Source: an uncultured Acidobacteriaceae bacterium (GTDB lineage: Bacteria; Acidobacteriota; Terriglobia; Terriglobales; Acidobacteriaceae). Taken from it: DNA of 64,000 bases. Positions 20,288 to 28,822 of this stretch are shown piece after piece. The notes beneath the pieces were generated by a model. The model was not told the DNA's origin, did no database searches, and was given only the letters and a program-made list of their open reading frames with translations. Positions within the stretch are counted from its first letter, which is position 1. Each line of letters opens with the position of its first letter. The DNA lies in contig CAWBEO010000001.1 in the NCBI GenBank assembly GCA_963787995.1, positions 78,337 through 142,336 of the forward strand, given 5' to 3'. Made by a program: the position numbers and the translations under genes.

Positions 20288-20371
20288 TCATTTGCAGCCC
20301 ATGTAGGCCCGCGGGGCAAGGCAAAGCGCCATCCCCAGCAGCACAATCAGTTTGCCAGTCACGCCGTTCAT
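20288..20371 (-). pseudogene. Signal-peptide-only remnant of a fourth Rhs toxin gene
   Basis: MNGVTGKLIVLLGMALCLAPRAYMGCK*, homologous to the Rhs N-terminus MNGVSRKLIVLLGMGLCLAPRVLA, with the same upstream leader. Confidence 0.85.
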
Positions 20372-20812
20372 TCCGTTCCTTGGGGCGCTGCGTCAGTGGT
20401 CAGTGATCAGAAAAAGACTGCGGGTTGAGGTTCGTGGACTTCTGAACAAGGGCGAAGAAAGGGGGAACGCACCCCGGGGGGGGGGGTAGTTTTTTGGTGA
20501 GTCGAACCTTCACCGAGGATGCGGCTTTCTCCCTTTTCCTTTCTGTTCATCTCTCTCCTTCACTTCCCTAGTCTGCGCGAACGAGTCATAATTCTCTGCA
20601 AAGTTCTTGAAGAAAAAACCTGCGGGTTGAGGTTCTTGGTCTCCCACTCATCCACGATAAAACTGTGGATGAATGGGGCACAAAGGTTCTTGGTTATTTC
20701 ATGACCGGGCAACCTGCCATTAGTGGTGTTTCTCACTTTTTATTCCCGGCACCCGGGCCACCCGCCCACCTGCCACAAAGGTTCTTGGTTATCTTATGAC
20801 CGGGCCACCTGC
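20372..20812. repeat. Inter-cassette spacer, expanded copy (REP-like hairpin 20643-20681, duplicated GGTTCTTGGTTAT..ATGACCGGG segments, ~200-bp insert)
   Basis: Shares blocks with 24417-24565 and 28129-28275. Confidence 0.85.
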
Positions 20813-21231
20813 CCAGCCGTCAACCGGCGTTCGGCCAATCTACACAAGAACCACCCAAGCCAAGCAAATATTCCGAGCACTAAGCCGCCAAATACCCTAG
20901 AGAAGCTCTCATTCCACCACGGCGGATAAAAGCTATCTGAAGCGACGCCCAATAGCACAACATATACTATTGGATTTACTAGCATCATCCATGCGCTCGA
21001 CAATTCCCTGCGTAGCGAGACACCTATCAGGCCACCTGCTATGAATGGCGCTAGTATCGTTCTTACCATAGTATCGTAAGCCGCTGGAGGACTCCAGCCG
21101 CTATGGCGAAAGTCTGTAATGATCGGCCATATGCCATCCACAATACCTGAATCCAGCAGCACAAACACTACGAAGACTAGGAGCCAGAGTGAGAATCCCA
21201 ACAGCAAACGTATCGCACTATTTCTGGTCAT
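20794..21231 (-). CDS. Putative immunity protein of Rhs toxin 1 (about 4 TM)
   Basis: Start overlaps toxin stop (21228-21231); AT-rich; last codons and stop lie within the repeat element. Confidence 0.8.
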   Translation of the reverse strand: MTRNSAIRLLLGFSLWLLVFVVFVLLDSGIVDGIWPIITDFRHSGWSPPAAYDTMVRTILAPFIAGGLIGVSLRRELSSAWMMLVNPIVYVVLLGVASDSFYPPWWNESFSRVFGGLVLGIFAWLGWFLCRLAERRLTAGQVARS

Positions 21232-24200
21232 TTCGTCACCGTAAGGTAGTTTTTCCCATCCTCTTTTTTCAAGAGATCGAGCACTTTACCAAATTGCTGC
21301 ATCGCATGTGGACTATCCTCGCTCACGTTGATACACCCATCACTGACGTGCCCATGGTGCAGTTGTGCGCCGAGCCCATCAAATCTGAAATGATGCGCAT
21401 ATCTAAAGATACGAGACATGCGGTCATTTGGCCATGGTTCGAGCCTGAAACGATCATGCGAGTCTATAAAATACTCATTCATTTTGTAACGTCCTTCAGG
21501 AATTGGGCCGTTTCTGTCAAATTCAAACCGGAGCTGATTCTGCTTCTCGCCCAGGCCCGAAAACACTCCTTCGGGACCAACTGTGTCAACTTCATGTTGA
21601 TTACCAGACAATTTTGCCGATGGTTTGTTTGACGTACAAACCAACGTGTGACCAGATATTGAGTACGAACATTCTGCCATTCCCGTCGGATCAGTTCTAG
21701 TCAGCGGATTGTTCCGCACGTAAGCATACATATTCAGGTGTTGAGGATCCTCAATCCATTCATTGAATTTTTTACGCTCGGAATCTTTCCCCGTGGAGTC
21801 TCCCCCGGAATTCTGCCACTTTAGCCAAGGCAACGGATCGGGCGACATAAAGCGACCCATTGAACTTGCGTAGTACCTTGCCCCGAAGTAGTCGTTGCCT
21901 GATTCGGCGTCTCTTTCTTTGCCGGTGAAGTGGTGTTCGGTGGGGTATTGGGTGCTGGGGAAGTAGGGCGAGCCGGAGGGGTTTTCGCAGCTCAGGCCGT
22001 CGCCGTAGGGAAGGCTGACGCAGGTCTGCTCTAAGACGCCGGCTGCGTCGGTTTGGGCGCGGCGGGTGCCGAGCGGGTCATCGAGATAGAAGTGCAGGCC
22101 GTCGGCGTCGTAGGTGCCGAGCAGCTTGCCGCCGGCCCAGACGTTGGTGTGCTGCCAGGTGAGCCCCATGGTGACCGCATTGGTTCCACCGGTCATGGCC
22201 GCGCCGGAAGAGGAAATCGACAGTCCTGTGGTGGGATTTGATTGAGAGCAGTTGCAGCCGGCGAGGGAGGCGCTGAATGTATAGTTGGCCGCCGATCCCA
22301 CCGTCGTCGAGGTAAATGTCACCACGGGTCCATTGGCCGCGGCGGTGATCAAGCCCCCGCAACTGGCCTGCGAGGCTATTGCAGCCGCGATGGAGGCCGA
22401 CGTCGTTCCGCCCGTTTCTCCGGCTCCGAAATTTACATCGATTACGCAAGACTCACCGTTCGGGAGCGTGCCGATGAGAACAATAAATGCGCCGTTCATC
22501 CCCGATAGCAACGTGCCGGAGATGGTGGCCGAGGCGGTGGAGGCGCTACCTGCGCTTGGAGTACCGACGTTGACGCCGATCTCCGAGAGCTGCTCGCCGC
22601 CCAGGCCGAGGGTGAAGTCGGTGGTGGTTTGGAAGCCGTTTTGGCTGGGGTCGCAGGACCAGGCGGTGAGGAGGCCTTTGGCGACGCGGATGCCGTCGGC
22701 GTCGTAGAGGTAGCCGGTCATGGTGAAGCCGCCCAGGCCGGGGAGGGCGCTGACGGCGCAGATGCGGCCCTCGGCATCGTAGAGGTACTGGTTGCCGGTG
22801 GTGGCGTCGCCGACAACATCGCCCGCCTGATCGTAGTTCAGAGGCGAGGGCGAGGGCTGACTGCCACCCGGCGCGATGACGCCCGTGACTTGGTTATTGG
22901 CGCCAAAGACCCATTGGGAGGCCGACTGAATCGGGCATGGAGTGGATTGCGGACTTTGCACCGTGCGGTTGCCGAAGTCGTCGTAGGCCCAGCAGTAGTA
23001 GGGGGTGACGCCGGGGGGCGTGAGGCTGAGGCCGGAGACAGAGTCGGCGGCGGAGGCGAGGCGGTTGAGCGTGTCGTAGGCGAAGTTCCAGGAGCCCATG
23101 ACGGTGTCGGCATAGGCGAGCAGATTGCCGGCGGGGTCGTAGCCGCCCGCGGGAACGGTGTAGGTGTAGACCGGGAGGCCGGTGGTGGTGGTGCTGGCGG
23201 AGCCGCCTTCGAGGTTGCCGGTGACCGGTGTGGGAACGAAGGACGGCTCGGCGAAGAGCGTGGAGTTCCAACTGGTGGCCTGGAGGCTGTAGCTCAAGTC
23301 GATGGCCGTGGTCTTGGCTTCGATGTAGAGCGCGTCGTCAACGGCGGTAACGGCGACCTGGGTGGTGGAGGCGGTGAGCTTTTCAGCGACCGTGGAGGGG
23401 GTGTCTCCTTGGCCGTAACTGGCTGTGGAGACTGTGGTTCCGCCCACGGTGAGGGTGACCGTGCCGGTGTCGTAGGCGGCCCCGGTGACGGTGATGGGGA
23501 CGGAGAGGTTGAGGCTGGCGTAATCGGCGGCGTCGGAGGGGATGAAGGCGGCGAAGAGCATCTGCTCGCCGGCGGTCAACTGCGGGCTGCCGACGATGGT
23601 AAGGCTGGGCGCGCCCGATCCCGTGGTGGTGGAGTTGGCCAGCACCTTGCCGGCCTCGTTGGTGTAGGTGAAGGCGCCGGCGACGTTGGCGTTGGCGTTG
23701 AACTGCGCGACGCCGAGGAGCGTGGTGTCGGGGATGGCGGCCGGCGCCGGCCAGGTGATTACCGGCGTGGTCTTGAGGACGTTAAGGGTGACGGAGGTGG
23801 TGAGGGGGGCGAATCCTGATCCGGTGGGCGGGGTGTAGACGACCGTGAGCGTCTGCGGGCCGGCGGGCAGAACGGCGCCCGATTGAGGCGTGTAATAGCA
23901 TGTGCCCGGCTGCGCGGGCGCGGTTGAAATCGGGCAGGCGGTCAGCACACCTGCCACGCTGACCTGAGCGTCCAACTGCGCCGCACTCAGCGCCGCCGGA
24001 CGGGTGATGGGCGCGGGAGGAACCCAGGCGAGGGCGGGCGGAGGCGGGTTAAATGTTACCGTGAAGGGCCCTGTGGAGCTGCTGAGGGTGAGCGGCAAAT
24101 TGAAGGTATCCGCACCCTTCAGATGGAGGTACAGCACCGCGCCGACAGCGTGGGCGCAGAGGCCGGAGGCGATATAGTCTTTGGAGAACTTGGCGCCGAA

Positions 24201-24416
24201 GGCCGAGGCCAGCGAGGCGGGGGTGGAGTACGGGCCGTAGGGGACGGTCTCGGTGAAGGCGTTGCCGGGGGTGTCTTGGAAGGCGATGGTCAGCGAGCCG
24301 GAGGAACTGCCCGACGCGCCCGTCAGGGTCACCGCCGCATCCGCCGCAAGAACCCGCGGGGCAAGGCAAAGCCCCATCCCCAGCAGCACAATCAGTTTGC
24401 GTGACACGCCGTTCAT
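21228..24416 (-). CDS. Rhs C-half toxin 1 with Sec signal; C-terminal Tlde1/DUF2778-like L,D-transpeptidase-fold toxin
   Basis: Core HFTGKERDAESGNDYFGARYY..MGRFMSPD, NNPLTRTDPTG cleavage motif; CT has GPIPEGRY and LHHGHVSDGCINV. Confidence 0.88.
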   Translation of the reverse strand: MNGVSRKLIVLLGMGLCLAPRVLAADAAVTLTGASGSSSGSLTIAFQDTPGNAFTETVPYGPYSTPASLASAFGAKFSKDYIASGLCAHAVGAVLYLHLKGADTFNLPLTLSSSTGPFTVTFNPPPPALAWVPPAPITRPAALSAAQLDAQVSVAGVLTACPISTAPAQPGTCYYTPQSGAVLPAGPQTLTVVYTPPTGSGFAPLTTSVTLNVLKTTPVITWPAPAAIPDTTLLGVAQFNANANVAGAFTYTNEAGKVLANSTTTGSGAPSLTIVGSPQLTAGEQMLFAAFIPSDAADYASLNLSVPITVTGAAYDTGTVTLTVGGTTVSTASYGQGDTPSTVAEKLTASTTQVAVTAVDDALYIEAKTTAIDLSYSLQATSWNSTLFAEPSFVPTPVTGNLEGGSASTTTTGLPVYTYTVPAGGYDPAGNLLAYADTVMGSWNFAYDTLNRLASAADSVSGLSLTPPGVTPYYCWAYDDFGNRTVQSPQSTPCPIQSASQWVFGANNQVTGVIAPGGSQPSPSPLNYDQAGDVVGDATTGNQYLYDAEGRICAVSALPGLGGFTMTGYLYDADGIRVAKGLLTAWSCDPSQNGFQTTTDFTLGLGGEQLSEIGVNVGTPSAGSASTASATISGTLLSGMNGAFIVLIGTLPNGESCVIDVNFGAGETGGTTSASIAAAIASQASCGGLITAAANGPVVTFTSTTVGSAANYTFSASLAGCNCSQSNPTTGLSISSSGAAMTGGTNAVTMGLTWQHTNVWAGGKLLGTYDADGLHFYLDDPLGTRRAQTDAAGVLEQTCVSLPYGDGLSCENPSGSPYFPSTQYPTEHHFTGKERDAESGNDYFGARYYASSMGRFMSPDPLPWLKWQNSGGDSTGKDSERKKFNEWIEDPQHLNMYAYVRNNPLTRTDPTGMAECSYSISGHTLVCTSNKPSAKLSGNQHEVDTVGPEGVFSGLGEKQNQLRFEFDRNGPIPEGRYKMNEYFIDSHDRFRLEPWPNDRMSRIFRYAHHFRFDGLGAQLHHGHVSDGCINVSEDSPHAMQQFGKVLDLLKKEDGKNYLTVTK

Positions 24417-24565
24417 TCCGTTCCTTGGGGCAATGCGTCAGTGGTCAGTGGACAGAAAAGACTGCTGGTTGAGGTTTGTGGTCTCCCACTCATCCACGAT
24501 AAAACTGTGGATGAATGGGGCACAGCGGTTTGTGGTTATTTTTTGACCGGGCCACCTGCCCACCT
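24417..24565. repeat. Inter-cassette spacer with REP-like hairpin (CCCACTCATCCAC-loop-GTGGATGAATGGGG, 24485-24523)
   Basis: Near-identical to 28129-28275. Confidence 0.9.
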
Positions 24566-24574
24566 GCCCCGAAC

Positions 24575-25207
24575 TCATTTCTCGCAATATTGCATCAAAT
24601 CCCTTAATTGGGAACTCAACCCTGCGCCTGAAAAGTGTATATGTAATTTGTGCGGTAAGATTGTGCCGCCTATAGTGATGCCAGCATCCATAAACCCCCC
24701 ACTCATATCCGTAACGATCTTTTTCCATCTTTCTCTCGTACCTTTCAAATATGCTAATGCGAAATATCCATCACACTCAAATCCTGGATCATACCACTTT
24801 GAATCTCCATAAAGAGGGTACGTTACGATTTTTTCGATTTGTGACTTCAGATTTACTGACATTTCAAATGTACTCCCATTTTGCACATTATTAGGGATGT
24901 CCGGCCCAATAAACATAGACAACTCTTTATCTGGAATAATATCGTGAACATTTTCGATATATATTCCTAATACTGGGACTCCTGACTTTCCTGATTCAAT
25001 ATGTTCAAAAATAAATACACTTGCCTTCATCTTCTTGCCGCCATATTCTGCCTCAGCAGGAATGGAGATTGCAACTATATTTTTATCTACTTTACCATCA
25101 TCAGACATAACTGTTTTATGCCATGCAGCTTGAGCATGAGCAAGACTCGATATCGCAGAAAAAACGGTAATCAACACTACAATGAGAGAATTAAATCGAT
25201 TGTTCAT
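24575..25207 (-). CDS. Putative periplasmic immunity protein of Rhs toxin 2
   Basis: Overlaps toxin stop; signal peptide ending AHA-Q; AT-rich. Confidence 0.8.
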   Translation of the reverse strand: MNNRFNSLIVVLITVFSAISSLAHAQAAWHKTVMSDDGKVDKNIVAISIPAEAEYGGKKMKASVFIFEHIESGKSGVPVLGIYIENVHDIIPDKELSMFIGPDIPNNVQNGSTFEMSVNLKSQIEKIVTYPLYGDSKWYDPGFECDGYFALAYLKGTRERWKKIVTDMSGGFMDAGITIGGTILPHKLHIHFSGAGLSSQLRDLMQYCEK

Positions 25208-28128
25208 TTTTTCCCTTTCTTCTGTTCTTTCACTTTAGGTTTGTCATCTGGAAAGAATATTATCCGATAGTTATTAGCATCTTCTTCATAATGTCCGGTG
25301 CTGTTACCTCCAAAATTACGGTCCGACTCTCGAATGCTGGGCACACCATTCCATTGATCAACCATTTTCTCACCAGCAACCACCTTATCGCCAGTCTTTG
25401 TCTTGATTGTATGACTAAAAAATCCAAAATGGAACGCTGCGTGCCCGGTATGTGGCTTACTCCATGAATAAGTATTATTTGGCCCTGCAGCTGTTGCAAT
25501 AGCCGTTCCTATCGGCGTATTTGCATCAGGCTGAGGTCCAAATCTCCACCCTTTTGTAGAACCTGGCGCGTACTTTTGTATCAAAGCTACACATTCGGAT
25601 TTGCCATCAGAACTACTTATTACAGGTTCGCCACCACGCAGCGAACCAACGTCTGAAACGATTAACATATGATACCCTTTAGGTACATTTATTCCGCCAT
25701 TACCTGATGTACTAATTGCAGTTGGGTGCGATGCCTCATTAAATTTATTCCAAAGCTGCCAAATAAGATGACTCAATGGGTCAAAATATGAACCATGGCC
25801 ATCTGAGTCTATTCTATCCATTGGATTATTTTCAACATACGCATACAGATTCAAGGTCTGCGGATCATCCAGCTTCACATACGGAACCGGCTCTGCTTTG
25901 GCGCTCCAGTCGGGCGACATAAAGCGGCCCATGGCGCTGGAGTAGTAGCGGGCTTCGAAGTAGTCGTTGCCGGATTCGGCGTCGCGTTCTTTGCCGGTGA
26001 AGTGGTGTTCGGTGGGGTATTGGGTGCTGGGGAAGTAGGGCGAGCCGTTGGGATTTTCGCAGCTCAGATCGTCGCCGTAGGGAAGGCTGACGCAGGTCTG
26101 CTCCAGGACGCCGGCCGAGTCGGTTTGGGCGCGGCGGGTGCCAAGCGGGTCATCGAGATAGAAGTGCAGGCCGTCGGCGTCGTAGGTGCCGAGCAGCTTG
26201 CCGCCGGCCCAGACGTTGGTGTGCTGCCAGGTGAGCGTGGCGGTGACCGTGACGCTGGAGCCGGAGCCGGTGAGGGTCTGGTTGACGCCGATCTCCGAGA
26301 GCTGCTCGCCGCCCAGGCCGAGGGTGAAGTCGGTGGTGGTTTGGAAGCCGTTTTGGCTGGGGTCGCAGGACCAGGCGGTGAGGAGGCCTTTGGCGACGCG
26401 GATGCCGTCGGCGTCGTAGAGGTAGCCGGTCATGGTGAAGCCGCCCAGGCCGGAGAGGGCGCTGACGGCGCAGATGCGGCCCTCGGCATCGTAGAGGTAC
26501 TGGTTGCCGGTGGTGGCGTCGCCGACAACATCGCCCGACTGGTCGTAGTTCAGAGGCGAGGGCGAGGGCTGACTGCCACCCGGCGCGATGACGCCCGTGA
26601 CTTGGTTATTGGCGCCAAAGACCCATTGGGAGGCCGACTGAATCGGGCATGGAGTGGATTGCGGACTTTGCACCGTGCGGTTGCCGAAGTCGTCGTAGGC
26701 CCAGCAGTAGTAGGGGGTGACGCCGGGGGGCGTGAGGCTGAGGCCGGAGACAGAGTCGGCGGCGGAGGCGAGGCGGTTGAGCGTGTCGTAGGCGAAGTTC
26801 CAGGAGCCCATGACGGTGTCGGCATAGGCGAGCAGATTGCCGGCGGGGTCGTAGCCGCCCGCGGGAACGGTGTAGGTGTAGACCGGGAGGCCGGTGGTGG
26901 TGGTGCTGGCGGAGCCGCCTTCGAGGTTGCCGGTGACCGGTGTGGGAACGAAGGACGGCTCGGCGAAGAGCGTGGAGTTCCAACTGGTGGCCTGGAGGCT
27001 GTAGCTCAAGTCGATGGCCGTGGTCTTGGCTTCGATGTAGAGCGCGTCGTCAACGGCGGTAACGGCGACCTGGGTGGTGGAGGCGGTGAGCTTTTCAGCG
27101 ACCGTGGAGGGGGTGTCTCCTTGGCCGTAACTGGCTGTGGAGACTGTGGTTCCGCCCACGGTGAGGGTGACCGTGCCGGTGTCGTAGGCGGCCCCGGTGA
27201 CGGTGATGGGGACGGAGAGGTTGAGGCTGGCGTAATCGGCGGCGTCGGAGGGGATGAAGGCGGCGAAGAGCATCTGCTCGCCGGCGGTCAACTGCGGGCT
27301 GCCGACGATGGTAAGGCTGGGCGCGCCCGATCCCGTGGTGGTGGAGTTGGCCAGCACCTTGCCGGCCTCGTTGGTGTAGGTGAAGGCGCCGGCGACGTTG
27401 GCGTTGGCGTTGAACTGCGCGACGCCGAGGAGCGTGGTGTCGGGGATGGCGGCCGGCGCCGGCCAGGTGATTACCGGCGTGGTCTTGAGGACGTTAAGGG
27501 TGACGGAGGTGGTGAGGGGGGCGAATCCTGATCCGGTGGGCGGGGTGTAGACGACCGTGAGCGTCTGCGGGCCGGCGGGCAGAACGGCGCCCGATTGAGG
27601 CGTGTAATAGCATGTGCCCGGCTGCGCGGGCGCGGTTGAAATCGGGCAGGCGGTCAGCACACCTGCCACGCTGACCTGAGCGTCCAACTGCGCCGCACTC
27701 AGCGCCGCCGGACGGGTGATGGGCGCGGGAGGAACCCAGGCGAGGGCGGGCGGAGGCGGGTTAAATGTTACCGTGAAGGGCCCTGTGGAGCTGCTGAGGG
27801 TGAGCGGCAAATTGAAGGTATCCGCACCCTTCAGATGGAGGTACAGCACCGCGCCGACAGCGTGGGCGCAGAGGCCGGAGGCGATATAGTCTTTGGAGAA
27901 CTTGGCGCCGAAGGCCGAGGCCAGCGAGGCGGGGGTGGAGTACGGGCCGTAGGGGACGGTCTCGGTGAAGGCGTTGCCGGGGGTGTCTTGGAAGGCGATG
28001 GTCAGCGAGCCGGAGGAACTGCCCGACGCGCCCGTCAGGGTCACCGCCGCATCCGCCGCAAGAACCCGCGGGGCAAGGCAAAGCCCCATCCCCAGCAGCA
28101 CAATCAGTTTGCGTGACACGCCGTTCAT
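25204..28128 (-). CDS. Rhs C-half toxin 2 with Sec signal; C-terminal BPSL0067/Tae2-like peptidoglycan amidase
   Basis: Rhs core, NNPMDRIDSDG; CT has ECVALIQ (Cys), PIGTAIAT, GHAAF (His), DQW. Confidence 0.88.
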   Translation of the reverse strand: MNGVSRKLIVLLGMGLCLAPRVLAADAAVTLTGASGSSSGSLTIAFQDTPGNAFTETVPYGPYSTPASLASAFGAKFSKDYIASGLCAHAVGAVLYLHLKGADTFNLPLTLSSSTGPFTVTFNPPPPALAWVPPAPITRPAALSAAQLDAQVSVAGVLTACPISTAPAQPGTCYYTPQSGAVLPAGPQTLTVVYTPPTGSGFAPLTTSVTLNVLKTTPVITWPAPAAIPDTTLLGVAQFNANANVAGAFTYTNEAGKVLANSTTTGSGAPSLTIVGSPQLTAGEQMLFAAFIPSDAADYASLNLSVPITVTGAAYDTGTVTLTVGGTTVSTASYGQGDTPSTVAEKLTASTTQVAVTAVDDALYIEAKTTAIDLSYSLQATSWNSTLFAEPSFVPTPVTGNLEGGSASTTTTGLPVYTYTVPAGGYDPAGNLLAYADTVMGSWNFAYDTLNRLASAADSVSGLSLTPPGVTPYYCWAYDDFGNRTVQSPQSTPCPIQSASQWVFGANNQVTGVIAPGGSQPSPSPLNYDQSGDVVGDATTGNQYLYDAEGRICAVSALSGLGGFTMTGYLYDADGIRVAKGLLTAWSCDPSQNGFQTTTDFTLGLGGEQLSEIGVNQTLTGSGSSVTVTATLTWQHTNVWAGGKLLGTYDADGLHFYLDDPLGTRRAQTDSAGVLEQTCVSLPYGDDLSCENPNGSPYFPSTQYPTEHHFTGKERDAESGNDYFEARYYSSAMGRFMSPDWSAKAEPVPYVKLDDPQTLNLYAYVENNPMDRIDSDGHGSYFDPLSHLIWQLWNKFNEASHPTAISTSGNGGINVPKGYHMLIVSDVGSLRGGEPVISSSDGKSECVALIQKYAPGSTKGWRFGPQPDANTPIGTAIATAAGPNNTYSWSKPHTGHAAFHFGFFSHTIKTKTGDKVVAGEKMVDQWNGVPSIRESDRNFGGNSTGHYEEDANNYRIIFFPDDKPKVKEQKKGKK

Positions 28129-28275
28129 TCCGTTCCTTGGGGCAATGCGTCAGTGGTCAGTGGACAGAAAAGACTGCTGGTTGAGGTTTGTGGTCTCCCA
28201 CTCATCCACGATAAAACTGTGGATGAATGGGGCACAGAGGTTCTTGGTTATTTTATGACCGGGCCACCTGCCCCA
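28129..28275. repeat. Inter-cassette spacer with REP-like hairpin (28197-28235)
   Basis: Near-identical to 24417-24565. Confidence 0.9.
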
Positions 28276-28285
28276 CAGTTCTATA

Positions 28286-28822
28286 TCAACTTTCACATAG
28301 ATCATAGTCTGACGAGGTATCGGCTGCGTGTGTTAGGCGCCAGCCATCGTGGAACGCAAGCAGTGCATCGGGACCTAACCAATAGCGCTTGACTTTCGTG
28401 AAATCCTTTCGAACTGCTGATCGAACCGCGCGAAACAATTTCACAGATAGCTCTCTATCTGAAATCGTTGAAAAATCTCCCATGATAATCGTTCGTTCCC
28501 CCAACACTCCTCCAGGAGAAAAAAGTATCGATTCCGGATTGAAAATCTGTGTAACATCGAAACGGAGATTGCCATCAATCATTTTCATCGTCTCAACGCG
28601 AATATCATAGTTCTTCTCAACGATCAAATAGGAACCGCTATCGTGTGATCGTTTACCCATCGCGCGCCCCAAACTGGGAATCGCACTGTAGCTTTCATAT
28701 TTTTCAATAGTTGGTCCACTAATTCTCCCCGCTCTGACGTATTTGATCTCGTGAAAATTCTCAATCCTAGTCAAAAGTGCAATCAGATCTTTTTCGCAGG
28801 TGTAAACGTATATTGCACTCAT
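28286..28822 (-). CDS. Putative cytoplasmic immunity protein of Rhs toxin 3
   Basis: Probable start MSAIYVY overlapping the toxin stop, preceded by GGAGGG; no signal peptide; AT-rich. Confidence 0.75.
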   Translation of the reverse strand: MSAIYVYTCEKDLIALLTRIENFHEIKYVRAGRISGPTIEKYESYSAIPSLGRAMGKRSHDSGSYLIVEKNYDIRVETMKMIDGNLRFDVTQIFNPESILFSPGGVLGERTIIMGDFSTISDRELSVKLFRAVRSAVRKDFTKVKRYWLGPDALLAFHDGWRLTHAADTSSDYDLCES

